Shown: in pieces, positions 39,591 through 49,966 of the stretch | Layout: each line of letters begins with the position of its first letter | Position numbering within the stretch: position 1 is the stretch's first letter | From: Paraphysomonas bandaiensis | Lineage: Eukaryota > Protista > Chrysophyceae | Length of the DNA: 64,000 bases | Assembly (NCBI GenBank): GCA_965644295.1 | Contig: CBFFRP010000172.1 | Coordinates: 2,326 to 66,325 of the forward strand | Direction of reading: 5' to 3' | Notes under the pieces: generated by a model | What the model was told of the DNA's origin: nothing | Database searches by the model: none | The model's input: the letters and a program-made list of their open reading frames with translations, nothing else | Program-made: the position numbers and the translations under genes

Positions 39591-40478
39591 ATCTTCCTCA
39601 CTGCATAATTTAATATCAAATGTACAGTGTGGCAAAACTCCTGCTGTAACATTTAAAATAGCCGATATCATCAATTGTATATTTTCTGCAAGGACTTCTA
39701 TACAGCAGTTTCATTGTATTTTTATACACACGCCTTGTGCGGTCAACGACACCCCATAGATGTACATTCTGTGAGTCTGTCAGAATTGTGGCACACAAAG
39801 TCATTATATCAGACCGCAAATGATGCAATCTGATTCTGTCAAATGGTGCTCCAGTCTGTACCGTGACGACTTCTAGCAGGTACTCTCTGTGTGCCTTTAC
39901 ACTTAATATAAGACAACATTATTCCAAGTTATTTCAACAAGCGCGAAATATGTGTACTATCGTAGCTATTACGCACATCATAGCAGCTTTTATGTTTTTA
40001 TGTAGTATGGGTGACTTCCAAAACCTCAAGGTAAGCGAGAACAGAAACTGTGGAATTGCTTGAACTATACGCCCACCTACCTGCACCATCACGCTCTCTG
40101 CTTGTTCATTCCAACCGCTCAGCTCCTGCTCAGCTCCTATTGAATTGTATCCAATCATATATAAATAGTTGGTGCATAAGCTGCGAAGTGTTAGAGGATG
40201 GTATACAGGTGTATACGACGTATAAACGCTGTCATTAACATATCGTCGATATCAATCATATGGAAGAATGGATCTTATGCATATCTTGTGTATGGCTGTG
40301 CATTTGAAGACAAAGACAGTGAGTGATAGTACGTCAATATTGAGAGAAGTGAGAGGATGTTCTTCTGATGTATAAGATGTTTGTTTGTATATGAACCATA
40401 CAGTCATATGGTGTTATGGTCGTATAGTTCATTACATAATTAGTTTAACATTGTTACTCCTTTAGCATAAGTATCATT

Positions 40479-41564
40479 ATGTTTTCATTGCAAATTATGA
40501 TTGGCGCTGCTGAGAGAAAAGTATCTGAGTCTGCTTTGAGATATAGCGGTATGCTTTTGTTTGTAAGTGCGTTTATTACTGTGGAAGGAGTGGTCAGATA
40601 CATATCAAGCGATCCCGATACAAACTATGGGGAGATATCTGATGTTGAATATCGATCTATCATATCAGGACTGTGGGAAGTATTTTTTGGGTGTCTTGGA
40701 ATGATTACTGGGTTTTTGGCATTGGCATTTGATTTTCACGCCCCTATGCTGACAGTATTCAGTTTGGTATTTCAAATTCTCTGTGGAGCTGTGACCTTTG
40801 CGGTGTACACCATTGAAGTCCCTGTACACAACTTCCGGCAAAATCTCTCCCCACCTGTGTATCCTGAAGACAGTTTTAATCGAGATCAATTGCATTTGGC
40901 AGTGTCCTTTGGCTATATTCTTAGTGGTGCATCTATCTGTGCTGTCGTTCAAGGTTTCCAGATATTTTGCACGATATCACTCTTGATGCTGCAGACATCT
41001 CACAAGGAAATGTCTACATTCCATCTAACGACTTTTGGGTTGTGGAACTCTCTACTTTCATTGGCTCTAGGTGCATCCATGTTGGTTTTAGGAGGTCTCA
41101 TAGAGCAACAAGAGGGCAGCGATAGCTTCAATGGTGCCTACATATTCCCTCCCAATTTTGTGAAGAGTGTCCCCGAGCTTTTTGTGTCCGGGTCACTTGT
41201 GTGCTTATATGGGCTAGCTCTGGCATGTGGGGCTATAGGAGGACGAAGTTGCATTGGAGCTCCAACTACGTGTGGTATCCTCGCATGGGCCTGGCTTGTT
41301 ACTGTTCATGTGTTGTCACAGATTGTACTGGTGGACCAGGGCCTCAGTGGGGCGGCGGCACAACTGGTAGGTTTAGTGACAGTTCTTATATTTGCTCCCT
41401 TGTTCGTACTAGAACAGCGTGATCGCCAAATCCGAGAAGAAATTGATCGCGCTGAACCCACACCTGAAAGACAGCTCAATAAACACCAAGACTCTCAGGC
41501 CCGGACGGAAGATGTTACAGAGGGAGTGAAGGCGTCTGAACTTAGTGTGATAACAGGGGCTTAG
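40479..41564 (+). CDS. Uncharacterised multipass membrane protein (~8 TM)
   Basis: 361-aa intronless ORF with about 8 hydrophobic segments and a charged C-terminal tail; family not recognised. Confidence 0.75.
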   Translation: MFSLQIMIGAAERKVSESALRYSGMLLFVSAFITVEGVVRYISSDPDTNYGEISDVEYRSIISGLWEVFFGCLGMITGFLALAFDFHAPMLTVFSLVFQILCGAVTFAVYTIEVPVHNFRQNLSPPVYPEDSFNRDQLHLAVSFGYILSGASICAVVQGFQIFCTISLLMLQTSHKEMSTFHLTTFGLWNSLLSLALGASMLVLGGLIEQQEGSDSFNGAYIFPPNFVKSVPELFVSGSLVCLYGLALACGAIGGRSCIGAPTTCGILAWAWLVTVHVLSQIVLVDQGLSGAAAQLVGLVTVLIFAPLFVLEQRDRQIREEIDRAEPTPERQLNKHQDSQARTEDVTEGVKASELSVITGA

Positions 41565-42039
41565 TTGCCGTATAGACACTTAATCTGGTGTTTGTTTTCA
41601 TTCTTATAATATTTGTCGTCGATCGTTTTTCTCATTGTTATTCTTTCGAATGAATCGTGCCGTCTATATTTCGATTTCGTTTGTAAAATAATATTATTCA
41701 CGCTTTTTATCAAAGAACAGAAACATGTCTATTGCTCTATTGAAAATCTTTGACAGGCGTATTTTCTCTGGTACGATAATTTTCTAGTACAGCCATGTGC
41801 ATGCACTACTACACTCTATAGCCAGAAATACATATTATTCTGGTAGGTGACCGAGCCATATCTCATAAACAGAAGTACTGCCTAGCAAAACATCGTCGAG
41901 AGCCAAGAACAATCAATTTTTTACTGTAATGGCAATATGCATACGCTTGCTCAATGCGTCATAACTACATGAAATATGATTTAATACAAATATTATATAA
42001 CATCCAACATTTGAGCTGTTTTAGCAACGTATGTATAGT

Positions 42040-43395
42040 TTATTGAATAACACAGCATCGGCAATGCGATGATTTCTCGTCCTCATCCAATGGAGAATCA
42101 TCGTGCTCGTCTATCTTGCTGATAATTCTGTCGTCAGCCCCGCTGGGCGTCTTCTGGAGAGTAGAGGAAGGCTTGCGAGTTAATGAGTGCATAGGGGAGG
42201 CAACAGGGCTCCCGGGCGACAAGCTGCTACTCGAGGAGACCATGGAAGGCCTATGACCAGTCAAACCAAACATGCCGATGCTATTATCAGTCAGATGAGG
42301 GTATAGATCTTTCTCAAAAACCATCAGAGACTGCGCGAAATTAGGGCTGGGGGATATCTTTGGTCTCTTATTTTTAGTGAACTCAAAGGCCTCTCTAAGA
42401 CTTAACCCACGGGACTGCATCAAGTAGGCAATCACAAGAGTAGCAGACCTAGACACCCCCATCCGGCAGTGAAAGAGCACCCGCACAGTACCAGACACAG
42501 TCGCAGTAAACCCAGTGTGCTGACTTTGCGGCGTGAGATCCTCAGCGACCTCTTCCTTAGCAGCATTCTCTTCCTGAATGCCCTCTCCAGTATTTTGCTG
42601 ATCATCCATTGCATTGTTCTGTTTATGGCTTTCTTCGTCTGGGCTCTGCTCCTGGTTCTCCTGAACTCCTTCCTCTGACACATTCACGTGGTCGTCTTCC
42701 GGTTCCTTTCTAGCTTCATTCTCTTCATTTTCTTCATTAAACTCTTCAGAAATAGATTGAGTTGCTGTAATAGGTCCAGATAAGGATGCGCCAGGCATGA
42801 TAAAGTCGGAGGCGTCAGAAGACGGGGTACCAACGGTGCGCCACGTAAATCCAGCATGAGGAGGTGTGGCGGTCGCCGTACTGTCATAACTACCGTAGCG
42901 GTTGTGGGGCGTCAACTCCCTGTCTACACTCGGAGCAGGAGTTCTAATACTACTTTCAGCGCCGTTATCTTCTGAAGGCGTTGGCTGTTGACTTTCATCG
43001 ATATGGCGTACCTCAACAGTTTCAATCACAGAGCTACTATTCGCATCAGTGGATTCAGGAACACCATTTTCCTTCGGTCCCTCACCACTTGAAGAGCTTA
43101 AAAATTTATATACTGAATGAAAATGCGAATAAATATCGCTTTCGTCATCGTCCTCAATGTCAATATTCATGTACGATATAGACTCAGGAAATTTATTCGG
43201 AATGGCTCCATTGGATGCATTGACAATATGTGTAATATTCAATAACTTCAATATATCCTGATCTACAGCAGTATGCATGTCAGATAGATATAAGTGATCG
43301 TCAATGATAGTGCTCACTGTATGACCATACAGCATATCGATGTGCATGCTACTGGGCCGCACAGATATTGATGGGTTTTCATCAAGAGATGACAT
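42040..43395 (-). CDS. Dual-specificity phosphatase with large acidic insertion and C-terminal CaaX
   Basis: IIDDHLYLSD, LNITHIVNAS, VLFHCRMGVSRSATLVIAYLM, RPKISPSPNF. Ends CRCCVIQ*. First ATG at 43395. Confidence 0.9.
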   Translation of the reverse strand: MSSLDENPSISVRPSSMHIDMLYGHTVSTIIDDHLYLSDMHTAVDQDILKLLNITHIVNASNGAIPNKFPESISYMNIDIEDDDESDIYSHFHSVYKFLSSSSGEGPKENGVPESTDANSSSVIETVEVRHIDESQQPTPSEDNGAESSIRTPAPSVDRELTPHNRYGSYDSTATATPPHAGFTWRTVGTPSSDASDFIMPGASLSGPITATQSISEEFNEENEENEARKEPEDDHVNVSEEGVQENQEQSPDEESHKQNNAMDDQQNTGEGIQEENAAKEEVAEDLTPQSQHTGFTATVSGTVRVLFHCRMGVSRSATLVIAYLMQSRGLSLREAFEFTKNKRPKISPSPNFAQSLMVFEKDLYPHLTDNSIGMFGLTGHRPSMVSSSSSLSPGSPVASPMHSLTRKPSSTLQKTPSGADDRIISKIDEHDDSPLDEDEKSSHCRCCVIQ

Positions 43396-43806
43396 TGGAC
43401 GATAGTCTATCACGCTATTGACAACAAAGCGCTACAATGTTGATTTGGAGTAATGCAGCAGTCTGACTTCTTGTCTTGTCGTATATATACATCTGCACTT
43501 GTATTTGAACTGCTCTGAATCATATCTATAGCATACCGCATACTCCATACCACATATTCATACACCAGAGTGCAGTGGGTATACCGGTATACCGCCGTAT
43601 ACAACATATGGTCACTTCATACCTATACCTCTGTACTCTTCACAATACAGTACTGTATTCCAATATTTTTACAAGCAACTTCTGCATACTCTGCTGTACC
43701 TCAACCCAAACCACAGAGTGAATCAGATGACACTTACATATCACTCCAGCACTCAGTAAACCACCTCTTGGTAGCCTTCCAAGCTATTTGTTACCCATCA
43801 GTTGAC

Positions 43807-44459
43807 ATGCCAAAGTTGTATTTCAGACATGGCGCTGTGTCGAGTGCGAAAACACTGAATTTACTTGCAGTGGCTCATAACTACAGATCACAGGGGAAAC
43901 ACTGCATACTAATGAAACCTGAAGTAGATAGTAGATTTGGCAGAGAAAAAGTAAAGTCACGGGCAGGTTTAGAACAAGAGGCAGATGTGTTAATAAAGAG
44001 TTCTACGAATTTGCTCTCCCTTTCGAAGGGAGTGAGTAACATCCACTGTGTTCTTGTCGATGAGTGCCAGTTCTTGCAACCCAAGCACGTAGATCAGCTA
44101 AGAGAGATAACTTTGGTTTGGAATGTTCCTGTTATTTGCTATGGCTTGCGCACGGACTTTAGAACTCATTTATTTCCTGCCAGCAGACGGTAAGATGTCT
44201 ACACTTCATCTTCTTGCTAATTACGTTTACTCATTGACCTAGTTTATTCGAGTTAGCCGATTGTATCGAAGAAGTCAAAACAACGTGTCATTTTTGTAAC
44301 TCAAAGGCTGTTTTTAATTTAAAACACGTTAATGGACGGGCAGACGTTAGCGGCCCTGTAGTTCAACTCGGTGCAGAAGAAAAGTACTTCCCTACCTGCC
44401 ACGTCTGCTACCGTAGGAACCTAATGGATGCTGGAGAAACTCTTCCAGAAGCTAAATAG
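43807..44459 (+). CDS. TK1: Thymidine kinase (TK1/tdk family), 2 exons
   Basis: MPKLYFRHGAVSSAKT, LVDECQFL and VICYGLRTDF. After intron ~44190-44242: LADCIEEVKTTCHFC...QLGAEEKYFPTCHVCY (Zn ligands). Confidence 0.93.
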
Positions 44460-44937
44460 TTACTTATATTACTACAATCATATATAATTAATTTGAAATT
44501 TGTAAGTATTTTGTTTTCAACATCAATAGAATTTTTTTGAGATATACATAGCTATGTTTCATTCTGACACTATACTCTGAGCATAATATATAAGGACGCT
44601 ATATAATATATAACCTGCTGTAAATTCATGACATGGCATTGGCATTATGTATTAGTTATGTATCTTAGTAGAAATAGATGTGTTAAGCTTTGCAGTATAT
44701 ATCAAAGTAGCTGTCCAGATTCTAATGTGAACGGTAGTACTTACGTACTTACAGAGCACAATACACAATACTGTAAAGTACGTATATTACATGCTGTATA
44801 TTGCATGTTGTAGTTAGGACTAAAAATGAGTTAAAACTGAAATAATAGAGTATAATAATCGTATACAATTCAATATATAAGAATATTAGGGCACACCTGT
44901 GTTGTGTCTGTCCAAGATCTATATATTGAAAGTCTTA

Positions 44938-45115
44938 TTATTTAGCAATAGGCGTTAAGAACCTGCACCAATGTAGTGGCTAGTTGAATGCTAGACATAC
45001 TACTTAGACCGCTACCCATAACTAATCAGCACAAATTCTATTTTCCTACTATTTAGCGCTACAGAATCTGCTTGTGCGTCGCCGCAAGCACCAAGATGCG
45101 ACCACTTCCGTTCTT
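44938..45115. repeat. Dispersed repeat, terminal region of a possible DIRS/YR-type element
   Basis: ttagcaataggcgt...cctactatttagcgctac...ctgcttgtgcgtcgccgcaagcaccaagatgcgaccacttccgttct is shared with 49320-49466. Confidence 0.6.
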
Positions 45116-45849
45116 AATGATGATTGTGAGTTTCCTCGGACTCACTGGCGCGTGGTATCAGGGGATCTCCACTTGGGATGAGATTCTACCAGGCTCCGAG
45201 GTACGGGGTTCTGTATTAAGGTCCTGAGTGTACCGAGTGCTAGATGTGTGTGCTGAGAGGTGGGTGGAGAGGTGTAATGTGGCGTTGTCTCATTGCACCT
45301 TTTGGGCCTCAGGCATAGGTAGAGTTGGCGGAGACGGCGTCGTTGTCGAGGGCCTGAAGATTTTGTTCGGGCCGGTGATGTGTTCCTGTGTGTATGAGTG
45401 GTGGGGTTCGTGTGGGCGTGCAGTTGTGATGGTGCCTGTCTAGAACCTCTCCACCTGCGGGAAGGAGGGGTTCCAGGCCCTGTCCAAGATCTAGCGAATA
45501 CATATGGCGTTGACATGATGATCGGTTATGAGATGAACATAGATGACAATGATAAATATAACCCTTTAATATTGTTACAGAGAGTTTAACGAGGTTGCAC
45601 ACCTAAAGTTATGTCAAATTCGAACAAAGTGGTCTCGTTATACCTATTCAATGCTAATTCTGACCAGTTGCGAGAGCACCAAAACGCTTCAATAGTACCA
45701 TACTAGTAGTAACATAGTAACTAACACCAAATGAATTATTACTAATAAATTTAACATATAATTCATCGTGCACAGAAAGTCATCGAAATGCAATCGACTG
45801 CGCCACGGACACAGCACGAACCGCTCATGCGCCTCAAAATAAATCAAAA

Positions 45850-47193
45850 TCATGAATGCAAAGTTCTAGCTTCTGTTCCATCGAACGGAGTCAACCTCTG
45901 CATGTTTCTAGTGATTGCACCGGAGGACTTTTCTTCCTCACCGCAGTCATTCTTCTCTTCTCCAGACGCGCCGTTTTCCAAATCATTATGAAATATGCTC
46001 ATGCGGCAAGTCGGACAGCTGGCATTCACTCTTAGCCACTCGTCTACGCACTAGGAAGGGGCAGTTAGCAAAACAATATGACTAGTAGTTTAACATACCT
46101 GGCTATGAAAGACGTGCTTGCACGGCATAACTCGAACTTTTTCCCCTACAGCCATGTCATTCAGGCAAATGGGACAGGTGCTATCTCCTCCGCCAGGTAG
46201 AGTGTCAGCCTTGACAGTGACAAGAGGTATAGCTTCGATGGCATCCTCCGTCGCACCCTGTCGGCCACCATATACATCAGAGTGTATTGCGTACAATTTA
46301 GAAAGTACCTTAGGAGCTTGGGCATCCTGCATGCGGGCCAATATACGTATAAGACAGGGCATACAGAAGCAAAATACTGGAATGAGAAGAATAGCAACGA
46401 TACAGGGTAAGCAGATCTGGATGTAGTTCACAATGAGCATCGCCACACAAAGATCGTAAACAGGCGACTTGAAGGCACTGTCACAGCTATACCCCAATAT
46501 TAGAATTGGTACATATTCAACATTGCGCCAAATACTTACCTATCGTCTCCAAATATCCACATGTTTCCCACTACGAACCATATCAGACCAACGGCGTCAA
46601 CCACATTTCTCGCGCTCGTCACTTTAGACTACACAGAGATATATAGATGACCATAAAAAACTAGTGTTCTTCCAAAAGACATAACGTACCAAGAGTGAGG
46701 GGCGGGAGTCCAGCCAACCTTTGAAAATATGCATGAAACAGACTAGACCAGTATACATAGCCATTCGAATGGCAGAAAGAGCACTCCACCACTTCCACCT
46801 CTGCATCCGTGGAGCGAAATTAACACATTCATCAACTACACAATCTAATAAAACACACAACTTACACTTCTATTTATATCCTGGCAAGGATTTGAATCAT
46901 TCCAGTGGAGAGAAAGTATTACCAAAGCTGCTAAAATCTGCAGAGGCAAATAAAAAACAAACATACATCACAACAGCACACACCTGTGGAAAATGTACCA
47001 CGAATATCGCAGCGACTGTCACTCTTGCGCTGGAGAGTTCACTCAGGCGAGCATTGATTAGTGTTGGGTTCTCATTATTTTCGCGTATGAGAGGAGTTTG
47101 TGCGTTATAGTTCTCGGGTAAAGACCGCAAGCCCAACTCTTGTGCTTGCAGCTGTCTGGCAAATGCTTCATCCGATTCCAGATGGGATGACAT
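45850..47193 (-). CDS. Transmembrane RING-H2 E3 ubiquitin ligase
   Basis: SDEAFARQLQAQE N-terminus, several TM segments with VWFVVGNMWIF, and RING CPICLNDM...MPCKHVFHSQ|CVDEWLRVNASCPTCR. Confidence 0.9.
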
Positions 47194-47790
47194 TACACTG
47201 CCTCCAGAGTGGGCCGGAATCCTAGAATAATGTGCTATTTTGGAATAAATATGAGCTCGGCTCAATATATAAGACTCTCACAGAATAATTAAACTAATAA
47301 CTCCTTAAATGATAAACTATATAAAATAACCTCTTAGACCATGAAGGCTATTTACAGGTTAACATCAATAACTACAAAAGTAAAGAACTATGAACGGAAT
47401 GAGGTCCACGGAAATATATAGAATGAAGATGATGATTGAGGGAAATGGAGCCGAAATCATACACAAGTCAACACCGTGCGTATTTTTTTGTAATGTACTC
47501 TGTGTACATAAAATACACTATGACAATATTCCTATAGAAACCCCACTCTTTCTACAGAAAGTACAGCAGAAGCCTACTATACTATATATATTGTTCCGTT
47601 ATCATAGGTATGTATACCGTATACAGAGTATGTATCCCGGTCTATCTCCTCGAGGTGTGTGTGTTGTGATAGGATAGATCCGTGCTGTGATATGGTACCG
47701 TAGAGCTATGCATAGAATTCACATATATGTACATACATATATACACACCTAGAAAACACATATACTACTCTCTGAAACATATATTAAAGT

Positions 47791-49027
47791 ATGGCTTTTC
47801 CAGGCTTAGGTGGTCTACTTGGCGGTTCCAGCATGCTTAAGAAAGCAAAGAAGAAGGTCCCATTCGCAGACATTGACTTAACTCTGTCTCCAGATAAAAT
47901 AAAGAAGAGCCCAACTAATCGGATGAGAGATATAGGTCATATGCATCTCTGTGTAATGGGTTTGTGTAATGAGTGTTTGTATAGATACATTTCGTCTGCA
48001 TGTTCCGCCAGAGGAAGAGAGGTCTGACTTTAAGATACCTGAATCAATGGATCGGATTAATATTCATGATCATAAGAATGTCATGGTGCTATGTGGAGGA
48101 CATGTCGGGTTACATTTCACCTCACAGGTGCTCTAGTTGCGGATGTGTTGTATTTTGTGCTGAATGTATGACAGGAAATATCCGATATTATGCGACTGAC
48201 GGGGGAGCTGGAACGCGCATTCAGGACACTCGAAGACTATTTTTCAAAGCTGCCCAACACATCCAAGCGATATTGCCTGAAGGATAATACGACACCTCCG
48301 GTTCCTGTGGCTGTGGACAACTCTGTCCAGCCCCCACCACCTCCCGAGTGTCAGCAGGATCAAGCTTGTGTGGAAGAGGTGATGACATTTCACACCCTTG
48401 CTGACGCAGTCGAGGACATTTTGAGGGAGACCCAAGACTTGGTCAGGCGCAAACAGTGCCAGGCTAGAGAGATTCCACGCGGCGAATGTGGGTACATCCG
48501 TCAATTTTTGTCTATTCTAAATGGATTTCTATTCCACAGCACTCAGTGTTGATCCGAACTGCGCGGAGGCAGACGAGCGACTTGAGTCTCTTCCTCGACC
48601 ACAGTGGATTGAGACACTCTCGAGAAAGTTTTACACCCATACATCACCTGATTCAGATAATATATCTCAAGCTGCTGCTTCAGTGCCTCCTGTGGGCAAG
48701 TTCGCCGCGTTCTTGAGCTGCTGTCTGACGCACCAAGTAGATTGTACCGCGAGTGAATACAGGGCTCTGCTGGAGGTAAGCCGGTGTTTAGTCATGCTTG
48801 CTTCAGCAAAGAGTATCCTCATCTTATAAATTGTATAGCTTGTTCTTGCAAGTAGTGACCAGTATGGACAGCGTGGATCGATTGCCAACATAGAAGATGA
48901 GATTTTCAGTCACACACAAAAGTACTGGGCAAGCAGGTTCTTCCAGTTCATCAGAAAGCTCCCAGAGTTCAAAACTGCTCTGAAGGACGAGAAGTCGCTT
49001 TACTTGTTTAATCAATTTATCCAATAG
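47791..49027 (+). CDS. Hypothetical protein with TPR-like segment, multi-exon
   Basis: Phase-compatible exons from MAFPGLGG to ...LFNQFIQ*. ALSVDPNCAEA is a TPR-like turn. Confidence 0.6.
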
Positions 49028-49318
49028 CTAGATCTCACTCCTTTTATTTTTCCGTCCAACCCCGCCGTGCATTTATGTTTGTTGTTTTTCATTCGTTTGT
49101 TATGTGGCAAATATTATCAACTAGCTTGTTTCTTTACATAGCTTTTCTGCCAAGTAACTTATGCTATGTTATAACAGTAGCGAATATTTTGTTTGTATAC
49201 CTGACAGCTTTATTGCACGCTGAAATGTAAAGTCACCAAATGAGTATTATGAGGTGTATTAAAATTTGTAATCACACTTTTAAAATCTATATCAACTAGA
49301 AGCAGTGCATGTCTTACT

Positions 49319-49760
49319 GTTAGCAATGGGCGTGTAAGAGTCAGAGCTAATGTAGCAAAACACAATTTAACTAACTAGTGCTTAACTCTGATAGCCTACT
49401 ATTTAACGCTACGATATAGCTGCTTGTGCGTCACCGCAAGCATCAAGGTGCAACCACTTTCGTTCTATCGCTCAAAGCAAACGCAGTGAGCAAGCAGAAT
49501 GTTCATATACCTGGCATCTGCTATCTCAGGATTTTTGTGTCCTTCTAATGTGAATAGTCCGGATGCTTGGCTTCAGCAGGCAGCCCAATCCCCCGGATGC
49601 GCTTAAGGTGGACCCATTCCCGTAAAGCATTTGGCTATGAGTGGCAGAACAATATCTGCTGACAATATATGCGGCCACGTTAGTTTCCCCGAGAAATATC
49701 TCCGGTACTTATCCCCCAGAAGACCACGGAGAGGTGCGAGTCCGACTTTTTGTTGAGGGT
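49319..49760. mobile_element. Internally deleted dispersed element, possibly DIRS/tyrosine-recombinase derived
   Basis: 5' part matches 44938-45115 and 3' part is inverted relative to 33027-33064. Weak frameshifted remnant VDP..KHL..W....QYMRP. Confidence 0.4.
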
Positions 49761-49966
49761 ATCAACAACTAGATACTTAGATATTAACTACTAGAGAATG
49801 ATCAGTGGAGTCCATGTGTTGTAGAATATAGGCATATATACTCATAGTACATGTACTATGTACTGGTCATAATACTCATAGTACAAGTCATAGTAGGTTC
49901 AGTAGATATAAAATATAGAGAAACATTGAGCAGTGACGCATTATACTTTACACTATATTACACACG

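Noticed and set aside
47990-48170. MYND-like zinc finger (CSACS, CSSCGCVVFCAEC)
   Set aside because: These Cys clusters lie in off-frame or intronic sequence of the reconstructed 47791-49027 gene.
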